From sequence record PV245935.1: 64,000 bases of DNA, one strand, 5' to 3'. Position 1 is the stretch's first letter; the number at the start of each line of letters is the position of its first letter. Both the position numbers and the translations under genes were made by a program. This document shows positions 48,283-56,737 of the stretch, one piece after another. The stretch is from Escherichia phage kaset. Below the pieces are notes generated by a model. It did no database searches. It saw only the letters and a program-made list of their open reading frames with translations, and was not told the DNA's origin.

Positions 48283-48630
48283 ATGGCTCATGTTAAAGAC
48301 GAAGTGCTGTTTGGCGCAGAGATTAAGAAGCGTGTCAGAGAAATGGCAGGAGAAGAAAGAATGAAGCCACTGCGAAAAGGTTTTGATCACATCAATGGCG
48401 TATCCGGCACGAAGGAGATGGGTGTGTTGGTAAAAGACATTCGCGTTGGCGATGTCATGGTCATCGACCGACAAGCGCGAGTCGTTATCCAGGTGCAACC
48501 GAACGATGATGAAGGATGTGTCCTATTGAAGCTGAAGAAGCTTTCATCCAGCCCAGCAAAGGCCGTCATCAAGAAGGTCTGGCCAGAAGGATTACGCAAA
48601 CTCATTCGTCGACCCGTGGAGAATGTGTGA
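48283..48630 (+). CDS. Hypothetical protein
   Basis: ATG 48283 after AGAGG RBS. Confidence 0.5.
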   Translation: MAHVKDEVLFGAEIKKRVREMAGEERMKPLRKGFDHINGVSGTKEMGVLVKDIRVGDVMVIDRQARVVIQVQPNDDEGCVLLKLKKLSSSPAKAVIKKVWPEGLRKLIRRPVENV

Positions 48631-48866
48631 TGGAAGATTATATCAATTCTATGTACATGGCATTCTATGTCGTACAACTTCCCAATGGCGCGGTATTTTA
48701 TGGCGAGTATACCTTTGACGTTCAATATGACGTCTCAGAGCGTACAGTGTTAACAAGGGAGTTGATTGCGGACCTTAAGGACGACATCAAGCGCGTCGCG
48801 CGGCAGCAGTTCAATTTGGATGACACCGTCATCGTTCGAATTACCGGAATAACAGAGGTGCAGTGA
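48630..48866 (+). CDS. Hypothetical small protein
   Basis: Start overlaps upstream stop. Confidence 0.45.
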   Translation: MEDYINSMYMAFYVVQLPNGAVFYGEYTFDVQYDVSERTVLTRELIADLKDDIKRVARQQFNLDDTVIVRITGITEVQ

Positions 48867-49195
48867 TGACCCGTGATCAGATACTCGCCGCGCATGAGCG
48901 TGAAAAGGCGAAAGAAATCTGGAAAAGACACAACGCCTTTGCCGAGTCCTATTACTTCTTAAAGAGGTGCATAAAAGAGAATGTGAGGATGGGTGATACC
49001 GTTTTGACATTTAACATTTTGTCTTATGGTAATAAGCTTAATGCAATATATGCTTGTCGACTAGCCAACATGAAGTTCGATAGAGGAGGTGACGGAGAGT
49101 TGACCATCTATCGATTCTCTCACCGGACGGGTGATACAAAGATAACAAGGACACGTGAACAGATAGAGATTGACTTACTTCACTATGTAAAATGA
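48863..49195 (+). CDS. Hypothetical protein
   Basis: ATGA overlap; followed by terminator-promoter cassette. Confidence 0.5.
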   Translation: MMTRDQILAAHEREKAKEIWKRHNAFAESYYFLKRCIKENVRMGDTVLTFNILSYGNKLNAIYACRLANMKFDRGGDGELTIYRFSHRTGDTKITRTREQIEIDLLHYVK

Positions 49196-49200
49196 ATATC

Positions 49201-49249
49201 AAAAAGGTGAGCTAAATGCTTGCCTTTTCTTTTATCAATACTTATACTC
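49201..49249 (+). promoter_or_regulatory. Terminator-promoter cassette copy 1
   Basis: Hairpin AAAAAGGTGAGC-TAAAT-GCTTGCCTTTT with U-tract; -35 TTGCCT (49220-49225) overlapping 3' arm; -10 TATACT (49244-49249). Confidence 0.5.
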
Positions 49250-49280
49250 TTTTCATCAAGACTAACAAGCGAGGTGAATT

Positions 49281-49598
49281 ATGATTTACTTAGGCATCGA
49301 CCAGGAACAAGATGAGCAGTTAGGAAGCGTGTTAAACGTAGAATTAAACACAGCTGTACACGTCAAGCCTTGGCCAGAGGCGCACCCCGACGTAGTTGTA
49401 CCCGTTGCACCTTGGACGCGTTACGTTGCCATTGACGATAACGGCCTTGTCCATTGTTACTCAGAAAAGCCGACATACTTCGAAAAGTATCACCAATGGC
49501 TTATGACTGGTTGGGCAAAGGTGCGCTGTTGCGGCGAAGTCGGCCTGGAAGGATGGGGCTTCAAGGCTAGTGAATCATGCGTCGAGGTGCAATTATGA
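49281..49598 (+). CDS. Hypothetical protein
   Basis: RBS GAGGTG before ATG. Confidence 0.5.
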   Translation: MIYLGIDQEQDEQLGSVLNVELNTAVHVKPWPEAHPDVVVPVAPWTRYVAIDDNGLVHCYSEKPTYFEKYHQWLMTGWAKVRCCGEVGLEGWGFKASESCVEVQL

Positions 49599-49813
49599 AT
49601 GCCGCGCTGGGTAAGCTGTCTTTCAACAAACGCAATGAGCTGCGCATGGTATCGCTCTTTCAACAAACGCATTTATCACTAATCAAGATTGCAAACAAGG
49701 CCTACTCTCTAAATTGTCCTGAAGAAGAATGGAAAGAATTGAATGAGCGTCGTAAACAATTACAAAAGGCTGCATTCAAGCTGCAGCAATATGCCATGGA
49801 GTATGCAAAATGA
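49595..49813 (+). CDS. Hypothetical small protein
   Basis: ATG 49595 after GAGGTG; ATGA overlap. Confidence 0.45.
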   Translation: MNAALGKLSFNKRNELRMVSLFQQTHLSLIKIANKAYSLNCPEEEWKELNERRKQLQKAAFKLQQYAMEYAK

Positions 49814-50202
49814 GAATGAAACGTTGCCCGTATTGCCACGATGTGATGCATCTTCCACATGAAGAGTTTGTGCAGCACATGACTCATTGTGATAAGAATC
49901 CTAAAAGCGAGAGTCAACTTGAAGAAAGAATGTTTCTGGTTTCGTTCAAGTATTCAGCTTATGACGCGCAACTGGCTTACGGTGCGAGCGGTGCACCAAA
50001 TGCTATTTACCGACCAACAACATTGAGAAGCGACATAGACTCAATACAGCTTGTGGCCTGGATTAACGTTAAGGAAGGAATCACGGCGCACTTTATCGCG
50101 CGCATCCAATCCGAGATTCTACGAATCAAGCGCGAATACAACCGTGACATTACTGAAGTGAAGGTGCTGACCATCACACCGATGAATAAGGAGTTGCTGT
50201 GA
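49810..50202 (+). CDS. Zn-finger-like protein, hypothetical
   Basis: CPYCHD ... HMTHC motif. Confidence 0.5.
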   Translation: MRMKRCPYCHDVMHLPHEEFVQHMTHCDKNPKSESQLEERMFLVSFKYSAYDAQLAYGASGAPNAIYRPTTLRSDIDSIQLVAWINVKEGITAHFIARIQSEILRIKREYNRDITEVKVLTITPMNKELL

Positions 50203-50459
50203 ACAAGGGTCCGATGACTAAGCTGGCCGTTGCCGCGCGGAAGCTTCGACAAGCTGTTAATGGGTCGCGGCCCGTGGTGTTAACACTCGACGACGCGAAG
50301 GCGCTGGTAGAGCTGCTCGACGAGCACAACCGACGAAAGAATCTGGAGAACACATTACGCTGGCGCGTCACCCCAGCCGGGCGGGAGAGCGAGAAGAAAG
50401 CTTACTTGCGACGCAAACTAAGGTCAGTCGGCCTTCACGAAGAGGCGAAGAATATTTAA
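50199..50459 (+). CDS. Hypothetical basic protein
   Basis: GTG start after AAGGAG RBS. Confidence 0.45.
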   Translation: MNKGPMTKLAVAARKLRQAVNGSRPVVLTLDDAKALVELLDEHNRRKNLENTLRWRVTPAGRESEKKAYLRRKLRSVGLHEEAKNI

Positions 50460-50462
50460 TTC

Positions 50463-50509
50463 AAAAAGGTGAGCTAAATGCTTGCCTTTTTATTTGCCTG
50501 TATTATACT
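50463..50509 (+). promoter_or_regulatory. Terminator-promoter cassette copy 2
   Basis: Same hairpin AAAAAGGTGAGCTAAATGCTTGCCTTTTT; TTGCCT then -10 TATACT (50504-50509). Confidence 0.5.
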
Positions 50510-50537
50510 TAGTTCATCAAGCAAAGGAGAATTGATT

Positions 50538-50834
50538 ATGAGTTACGACGAAAGGTTTGGCAGAAGCGGGCTGTTTCATGATGCTGTATACAAAGACAGC
50601 CAAGATGTCGTCTGCGTATTGAGAAATGATTCTTACGGCGTGCTCAAGCCGTTTAAGGTCGGTGAGACATACGAATTGTTTCACGGATGGATTACGCAAC
50701 CAAACAACCTTCCTGATATGGAAGTCTGGTGGATAGAATACAAGGGCCAGGCGCATCGTTGCAAGGTCGTAGAAATACGCGGCGTGACACACTATCAATC
50801 TATTATCAGCGGATTTGTTTTTAAGGAGATTTGA
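50538..50834 (+). CDS. Hypothetical protein
   Basis: ATG 50538 after AAAGGAG RBS; track N-terminal extension runs through terminator and is rejected. Confidence 0.5.
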   Translation: MSYDERFGRSGLFHDAVYKDSQDVVCVLRNDSYGVLKPFKVGETYELFHGWITQPNNLPDMEVWWIEYKGQAHRCKVVEIRGVTHYQSIISGFVFKEI

Positions 50835-50836
50835 TT

Positions 50837-51139
50837 ATGAGTACCGAAGCGATGAAGAAAAAGGTTTTGAACGCTTTGCAAGAAGCCGTGAACTGTGGTG
50901 CCATTAAAGTATTTCATGAATTGCAATTTGGTGAAGGTGACGCGGTAGAATTTTACAGCAATAAAGACGGTCTTGCGACAATTTTCTTTTCAGAGCAAAG
51001 GGTTGGTGAGTGCATCCTGCAAATTGGTGGATATAGGCTTGTCGTCGACGATGCATTTATCACCTGCGCTGATGGCCTTAATCCGATGTTGACGTTTGAG
51101 CGTCGCGGCATCCGTGTTGCAACATTTGGAGGACAGTGA
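50837..51139 (+). CDS. Hypothetical protein
   Basis: ATG after AAGGAG RBS. Confidence 0.5.
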   Translation: MSTEAMKKKVLNALQEAVNCGAIKVFHELQFGEGDAVEFYSNKDGLATIFFSEQRVGECILQIGGYRLVVDDAFITCADGLNPMLTFERRGIRVATFGGQ

Positions 51140-51324
51140 TGAGCACCGAAGTACACAACGCATCAGCCTTGGTAAGCTTTTACCGTAACAAAGGCGTGTC
51201 GCTCGTTAAAACGCCGCAAGGGATGTTGTTCTTTGGCACGCGATTCCTTAAAGCATCGGAGCGTGAAACGCTGTCCAAGTTCGACCAGAAAACATTACAC
51301 GCAGTTTGGAGAAGACAACAATGA
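51139..51324 (+). CDS. Hypothetical small protein
   Basis: ATG overlapping upstream stop. Confidence 0.45.
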   Translation: MSTEVHNASALVSFYRNKGVSLVKTPQGMLFFGTRFLKASERETLSKFDQKTLHAVWRRQQ

Positions 51325-51614
51325 GACTAAGCCTAGCGCAAATTCAAACATTATACCGAATGGAAGACGGCACGCCATACATGCTGCGCGGCGACCGCAA
51401 GAAGGCTTATGAAAAGCGGCCATCACTATTTCACGACATCAATGCGCCATCAATACCTGTCTTATTCCGGCTTGGTCTTGTTGATTGGGCGGTGCCAGGA
51501 GAGAAAGACCCGACGCGTTATTCATCCGTGGTGATGACAAAAGCAGGTCGCGCGGCATTAAAAGAAATTAAAGAGAATATGGCTGGAGGTAAATATTATG
51601 ACATCAAATCTTAA
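51321..51614 (+). CDS. Hypothetical protein
   Basis: ATGA overlap. Confidence 0.45.
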   Translation: MRLSLAQIQTLYRMEDGTPYMLRGDRKKAYEKRPSLFHDINAPSIPVLFRLGLVDWAVPGEKDPTRYSSVVMTKAGRAALKEIKENMAGGKYYDIKS

Positions 51615-51780
51615 GGCCCGTTTATTATTCATCAATCCGCATGTGCCGTATAAGATTAGCAAGCGCACCTGGCTTAATATTTACAACCGCAGCGGCGACC
51701 GTTGCTTGTACAAGGCGAAGCGACGCAATAAAAGATACTTTCGTGTAGCGCAACCAAGTTTTCTCGGAGTAAAGAAATGA
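51598..51780 (+). CDS. Hypothetical small basic protein
   Basis: Track ORF overlapping neighbours; uncertain. Confidence 0.35.
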   Translation: MTSNLKARLLFINPHVPYKISKRTWLNIYNRSGDRCLYKAKRRNKRYFRVAQPSFLGVKK

Positions 51781-52286
51781 AAATCGAACAACTCGAAGCA
51801 GTACTGGAAATGGCTGTAAAGGCAGGCGCAATCAAAAGCTATCGTCGCGAGAAGTCTGAGGATTCTGCACACTTTTGTCGCAACTTCTATATCGTCGGCA
51901 ACCTTAACGACCACTACACCATCGAGTGGTATATTAACATAATGACCCTTAAGTCGCGCAGCATGGAGCTTTGGTGTGATGACATCTGTCTTTCGAATAC
52001 TCACCCAAGCTATGATGTCGCCCTGGCGTTCTATCACGGAAGCCGTCAACCTGTCGCCCACATCGGTGAGAAGCATGAGCAATTGAAGGAGAAACCAACG
52101 GCAGCTGACGGCTGGGTTGATTGGGACGGCGGCGACTTGAATCCAGTACCAGGAAAGAAGGTGCTTTACATTCTGCGCGACGGTGCTACAGCTACAAAGC
52201 CGATTGCATCAAATGAATTGCGCTGGGAAAAGATTGAGCGCCACCGCGATGGCGATGTCATCAAATACAAAGTCGTGGAGGAATAA
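51777..52286 (+). CDS. Hypothetical protein sharing a C-terminal domain with 53170..53838
   Basis: C-terminus WVDWDGGDLNPVPGKKV...YKVVEE parallels WTAWFGGENPVPGKMV...YRVVKEG. Confidence 0.5.
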   Translation: MKIEQLEAVLEMAVKAGAIKSYRREKSEDSAHFCRNFYIVGNLNDHYTIEWYINIMTLKSRSMELWCDDICLSNTHPSYDVALAFYHGSRQPVAHIGEKHEQLKEKPTAADGWVDWDGGDLNPVPGKKVLYILRDGATATKPIASNELRWEKIERHRDGDVIKYKVVEE

Positions 52287-52627
52287 TGGAAGAGCAAGAA
52301 GGCCGTGAGCTAACGTTCGACGAGCAAATGAAAGAGCTTCAGCGCACATCGCCGCTGCGCGGTAAGGTTGTTGACATTGAGGCGAGCGAATCCAATCTCA
52401 CCAAGTGGCGAATCAAGTGCACCAGCACAAGCAAGGATATGTTAAGCTTCAAAGTCGGTCAGACTTATTTGCTTTATGAGGCAAAAGGACTTATTATTGA
52501 TGGAAGGCAAATTGTCTTCACGGTAGTCAACGGCATGCGTTGGTTCGTGAAGCGTGATGTAGAGGGTCGTGACATGTTTGTCGCAGGCTTCCCAGAAACA
52601 AGATTCAAATTGGAGAAGGTTAAATGA
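52286..52627 (+). CDS. Hypothetical protein
   Basis: ATG overlapping upstream stop. Confidence 0.5.
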   Translation: MEEQEGRELTFDEQMKELQRTSPLRGKVVDIEASESNLTKWRIKCTSTSKDMLSFKVGQTYLLYEAKGLIIDGRQIVFTVVNGMRWFVKRDVEGRDMFVAGFPETRFKLEKVK

Positions 52628-52953
52628 AATTGAAATGGTACGTGGACCCTGAGCCAACAGGCCAATACAGGTCATTCCAACGTCGCGGCTGGCCGACTTG
52701 TTACAGCGGTAATCCCGATAAAGAAGATTGCGAGCTGCTTGCCGCTATCGTAAGCCTCGACCGTCACGGCTATGAAGGCCACTACGCGAGAGCAACCAAC
52801 CTTCGGCTTAAGGTGCGCATCCATTTCAAGGTCGCAGGCGAGGACCGCACCGGACTCTCCAAGGAAGAGTTCAGCAGCATCGCTGAAGCAAAGGCATGGC
52901 TCAAGGCGTTCTATAAGAACAACCCTAAATTCTATCCAACTAAGGATGCATAA
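52624..52953 (+). CDS. Hypothetical protein
   Basis: ATGA overlap. Confidence 0.5.
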   Translation: MKLKWYVDPEPTGQYRSFQRRGWPTCYSGNPDKEDCELLAAIVSLDRHGYEGHYARATNLRLKVRIHFKVAGEDRTGLSKEEFSSIAEAKAWLKAFYKNNPKFYPTKDA

Positions 52954-53186
52954 TGACCGATAAACAATACGCAGTCGGGCAACGTGACATCGAGCAACTC
53001 GACGAGGGCGGCTATTATACGCGCCACATCTATGCCATGACGCATGAAGGACTTTACAGCAAGTCGGACATCGCCGCTGAACTGGCCCATCGTGACTTGC
53101 AAATTGACGTGTTGCGTCTCGCGCTTGAGAAGCAAACGCAAATCGCTATTGAAATTTTGGAGAAGTTAAATGATACAACGTTATGA
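52953..53186 (+). CDS. Hypothetical small protein
   Basis: ATG overlapping upstream stop. Confidence 0.45.
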   Translation: MTDKQYAVGQRDIEQLDEGGYYTRHIYAMTHEGLYSKSDIAAELAHRDLQIDVLRLALEKQTQIAIEILEKLNDTTL

Positions 53187-53838
53187 TGTTGATTATTGCA
53201 CGCAGCACGCTTGTACATGCGAAGTTGTAAAGGATGATGAAGGCGGCTACGTTGAATATGAGGACTATGCCGCGCTGGAAGCGAAATATAGTTCTCTTAC
53301 GTACATTGACAGCGAACCGTTTGCATACATCATTCAGGACAAGTATGAAAGGGAGAAAGGATTAGATGGTCATCTCAGTCGCAGTCATGTATCCAAATAT
53401 GTTAGCCAGGAAGACATCAACGAGCATGAAATAACTTGCATCCCGCTCTATCGCCAAGCACAGTTGGCGATAGCAATAAAACCGTTGGCAAAAACCGATG
53501 ATGAGGACTACGCCGCGCTGGAAGCGAAATATGGTGAAGCGCAACGCGAGTTGGTTGCATTACGCTCACAGGTCCGTGATGCGTCGGCGCTCGTTAAGCA
53601 GTTGCACGACGTTGTTGCTACTATAGGCGTGGATGTTGATGCTTGCGAAAAGCAGGAAGAAGCGTGGACCGCGTGGTTTGGTGGAGAGAATCCGGTGCCT
53701 GGGAAGATGGTTGTGTTTGAGTTGTTAAACGGTTACAAATCAAAAGAGGCTGTGCCTTCGGATAATTTGAACTGGGGTGCAGTGGCAAGCCCTTTTGGCG
53801 AAGACATTGTTGCTTATCGGGTCGTTAAGGAGGGGTGA
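53170..53838 (+). CDS. Hypothetical protein with internal duplicated segment and shared C-terminal domain
   Basis: EDYAALEAKY occurs twice; C-terminal domain paralogous to 51777..52286. Confidence 0.5.
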   Translation: MIQRYDVDYCTQHACTCEVVKDDEGGYVEYEDYAALEAKYSSLTYIDSEPFAYIIQDKYEREKGLDGHLSRSHVSKYVSQEDINEHEITCIPLYRQAQLAIAIKPLAKTDDEDYAALEAKYGEAQRELVALRSQVRDASALVKQLHDVVATIGVDVDACEKQEEAWTAWFGGENPVPGKMVVFELLNGYKSKEAVPSDNLNWGAVASPFGEDIVAYRVVKEG

Positions 53839-54287
53839 TGAGTAAACGGCTTATCGCCGCTGGCTGGGCCATACCGAAGTGGGGCCATCGTGCGCATTAC
53901 TTTGACGAAGGAGAAGTGCAAAGCCTTTGTGGTCGCGCAACGTATTTCGGTGATGAGCGCGTCAGCGGCGATTACATCGACTCGCTTTTAGGTAAAGGTG
54001 ATTGCAAGAAGTGCCAGAATATATTAAGAGATATTCTTACGCAAAAAGGATTGCTTGAGCTTGATGAATCGGAAGAAGTGATTGAGCTTAAGCTGGAAGC
54101 AAATTACCTTATTTATACGTTCAAGAACTATTACGCAACTAATATGCGCTCAAAAATGAGCGAGGAAGTAATAGAAAAGGTGTTCACCTACAATCCGCTA
54201 AGGATGAATAAAACTAAATTGAAGAAGTTTAATATAATGTTAAGGAAAGAATTTAAAAGGCTAGGAGTGAAGAATTTTATATTTTAA
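53835..54287 (+). CDS. Hypothetical protein with Cys cluster
   Basis: CGRATYF...CKKCQ motif; last gene before terminator. Confidence 0.5.
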   Translation: MMSKRLIAAGWAIPKWGHRAHYFDEGEVQSLCGRATYFGDERVSGDYIDSLLGKGDCKKCQNILRDILTQKGLLELDESEEVIELKLEANYLIYTFKNYYATNMRSKMSEEVIEKVFTYNPLRMNKTKLKKFNIMLRKEFKRLGVKNFIF

Positions 54288-54303
54288 TAGTGATTAATGT
54301 TAA

Positions 54304-54328
54304 GAGGGCCAATCGGCCCTTTTTGTTT
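54304..54328 (+). terminator. Rho-independent terminator ending the + strand early gene block
   Basis: AGGGCCAATCGGCCCT hairpin followed by TTTTGTTTG. Confidence 0.6.
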
Positions 54329-54600
54329 GCCTGTTGTTTGTGAGTTTTTATTATCGGATAAAGCGATTGATTTGTGTAAATCTATTAGAGGATGGTGGGC
54401 CGTGAGGATTGTGACGTGAATTTTGTGTCTTGAATATGTGTTCGAATTTGGAAGAATATTGTACTGTGGTGCTGTGGGATTGGAGAGGGAATCACTAGGT
54501 TTTGGGGCGTGTACCGTGGTGTGTGGGCCTGTAGGCTGCGCCGTGTCTGGGATTGCCGCTTGAAATTAAAAAGGAGATATAGTTAGCTGGCTAACCTTAC

Positions 54601-54890
54601 GTATAGAATTTAAGCGTATAATGACGTAAGATTTGGACCTATCCGTAGTTCACTCCACACACTTCTATGGTGCGCCGCGACTGGGTTCAATGGTACATCT
54701 TACGGATGATACGGATGATACGCGTCGCCGCTATACTTTATACAACTTTGAAAAAAACAATTAACTCCATTTTGAATTAATTTAAATTAATTTTTTTCTA
54801 CATCCTCATACTTATACTAAAATTATATTTATACGTATTATCCGTAAGATATAAATAAAAACAAAGACTTGCGGCAATACGGATGATACG
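54601..54890. repeat. Iteron-like module B, homologous to 2540-2835
   Basis: Shared GCGTATAATGACGTA; inverted TACGGATGA x2 at 54689-54706; CGCTATACTTTATA; AT-rich core 54721-54850; further copies at 54826-54834 and 54864-54887. Confidence 0.7.
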
Positions 54891-55047
54891 CCATGATACG
54901 CTTCAGCCAGCCAGCAGCGGCTAAGTCATTGATTTGCATAACAAGCGGCGAAAGGGATGGATTTCTTTTATACGTATCAAACAGTACACCACGCACCACG
55001 GTCCATTATTCATTCAGCACTATGATTTATGTACTTTTACAGCCAAT

Positions 55048-55094
55048 TTGAACATCAATCTGCACTTGAATATAATGTTCATTCATTGTATAAT
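55048..55094 (+). promoter_or_regulatory. Tandem sigma70-like promoter candidates upstream of 55129 gene
   Basis: TTGAAC-17 bp-TATAAT (55071-55076) and TGTATAAT (55086-55093). Confidence 0.4.
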
Positions 55095-55104
55095 TCACAC
55101 TATT

Positions 55105-56584
55105 AATTTGCACTATGGGATTTGCACTATGAGTCAAGATTATGTAGCAATGCCTGAAGACTTTGAAGACCCGCGATTTGCAGAGCATAATCAGGCATTA
55201 TTCGATGAGTTCATTGACCTTGTTATTCAGGGCCATGACATGCGCGCAGCTTTTGCACTAGTATTTGGCATGGAGGTTGCGACCGATAACTACACTGGCC
55301 AGCGAATCCTGTGCACGCAACGCAATCCGTACTACAAGATGCGCTACAAAAAGCGTATGGAAGAGATGCCATTGAAGGAATTGTGGAGCGTAAAGAGTTC
55401 CATCCACAATTTAGTGAAGCTTGTGCGTGATCCAGAAGTCGCGGCATCAGCCAAGCTTAATGCCATTCGTGAACTGAATATCATCTACGGCATCACGATG
55501 ATTGATGAAAACGGCAATAGTAAAATGGGCCGTTCCATGGACGATTTCTACAAGGATTTTGGAGAGGCAGCCAAAGAGGGTGAGCAATTCTCCCGCCACT
55601 AGCCAATTTGCACTATAAAACGGCCCTAGAACACATTTTCTCCACTTCTAGGGCCATCGGTAATACGACGGTGAATGCTGCAACCATAAACGCGTTAGAA
55701 AGTGTATTATTATAAGTCATCTTTTAGTCACTTTACGTAACAATTTACGACCTTCCGCCGTCCAGTCGAACGACTCCACCAGCAGATTTGCACTATAACC
55801 TAAGACGATGCGCCCTTTCTCGTTATCGACCCGCCAACAAGTCTCGAATAGCATTCGATTTGCACTATTAACTATCACCGCAACGCGCGTTGGGTAAGCG
55901 CAATTTGCACTATGGTCGTAAAGGGATAAGGTGCGACCACTTCCGATGGACAACGTAGCGATGAGAATGAGTGTGTTCATAAGCCACCAATTTGCACTAT
56001 GAAAAGCGACCCCGAAGGGCCGCCATTCGATTAGATGATCTGGAAGGTGTAGGATTTGTTGCCGAACTCAAAGTTCAAGCGCCCAGCTTCCTTAAGCTTC
56101 ATACGGAAGCGAATGTGCTTGCTATCCGGTAAGCCCAGCGCGGCGAACGCTACGCGGACCGATTTGAACTCGCCTACACCCTCGACCATAACGCCGTTGC
56201 GCGTAAGACGCTTTTGCGCTACTTCCTTGTTGTCCCAACTTTTTGCAATACCTTCGCTATTCGAACGGCGATGGGAAGGAGTTCCATTTTGCACTACGCA
56301 ATTTGCACTATCGTTTAGGCCGCTCTTAACGAAGGCTTCATACTCTTCGTCGGTCATCGCGTCGAGTTCTTCCTGGGTCGGCTCGGCCTTTTTAACGACC
56401 GCACGCGCCTTATGCGTTTTTACATCGCTGGACACTTCCTCGCGCGGCTTCGCGTCGGGGATGGGCGATTCGTTGGACGGCTCATCGAGCGCGTTTAAGG
56501 ACTCGATTAACGCGATTACGCGAGTCTCGGCGGTACGGCGGTCCGCGAACTTTTTAATCGGCTTCGAACCGGAATTTGCATTAT
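55105..56584 (+). repeat. Dispersed same-strand array of ATTTGCACTAT motifs
   Basis: Copies at 55105, 55120, 55605, 55786, 55858, 55902, 55989, 56300; variants at 56286 and 56573; related AATTTGCAGTACACT at 58462 and 58559. Confidence 0.7.
55129..55602 (+). CDS. Hypothetical protein (candidate regulator; ATTTGCACTAT motifs overlap its start)
   Basis: ATG 55129; track N-terminal extension runs through promoter region and is rejected. Confidence 0.5.
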   Translation: MSQDYVAMPEDFEDPRFAEHNQALFDEFIDLVIQGHDMRAAFALVFGMEVATDNYTGQRILCTQRNPYYKMRYKKRMEEMPLKELWSVKSSIHNLVKLVRDPEVAASAKLNAIRELNIIYGITMIDENGNSKMGRSMDDFYKDFGEAAKEGEQFSRH

Positions 56585-56657
56585 AAAATGCAACGAGGTC
56601 GGCGGTCTTAGTTGCGATAACGTCGCCGCTAGTCGAGAAGCGATTTAAGCTAACCAT
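56031..56657 (-). CDS. Hypothetical protein in CpG-rich block
   Basis: 208 aa ORF; CG-rich codon usage distinct from rest of window. Confidence 0.5.
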   Translation of the reverse strand: MVSLNRFSTSGDVIATKTADLVAFYNANSGSKPIKKFADRRTAETRVIALIESLNALDEPSNESPIPDAKPREEVSSDVKTHKARAVVKKAEPTQEELDAMTDEEYEAFVKSGLNDSANCVVQNGTPSHRRSNSEGIAKSWDNKEVAQKRLTRNGVMVEGVGEFKSVRVAFAALGLPDSKHIRFRMKLKEAGRLNFEFGNKSYTFQII

Positions 56658-56737
56658 AATAAACTCCTATTTGTTAGGGCGCTAGGCGCGAAAGAATTTT
56701 ATTAAAGCGCCGCGCACGACGCTCTAAAAATCCTCTC

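Noticed and set aside
50478-50537. N-terminal extension of track ORF 50478..50834
   Set aside because: Extension is encoded by the terminator hairpin and promoter; ATG at 50538 with AAAGGAG RBS preferred.
54934-55128. N-terminal extension of track ORF 54934..55602
   Set aside because: Extension runs through promoter-like TATAAT boxes and motif copies; ATG at 55129 is the more plausible start.
55648-55668. T7-type promoter-like string TAATACGAC
   Set aside because: Only the first 9 nt match the T7 consensus; the rest diverges and no single-subunit RNA polymerase gene is seen in the window.
55717-55980. Track ORF on - strand (87 aa)
   Set aside because: Contains four ATTTGCACTAT motif copies that generate a repeated SAN tripeptide; more likely a regulatory repeat region than a gene.
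55105-56584. Possible CRISPR array suggested by the recurring ATTTGCACTAT motif
   Set aside because: Repeat unit is only 11-12 bp, spacing is irregular (12 to about 500 bp), copies lie inside ORFs and no cas genes are nearby.
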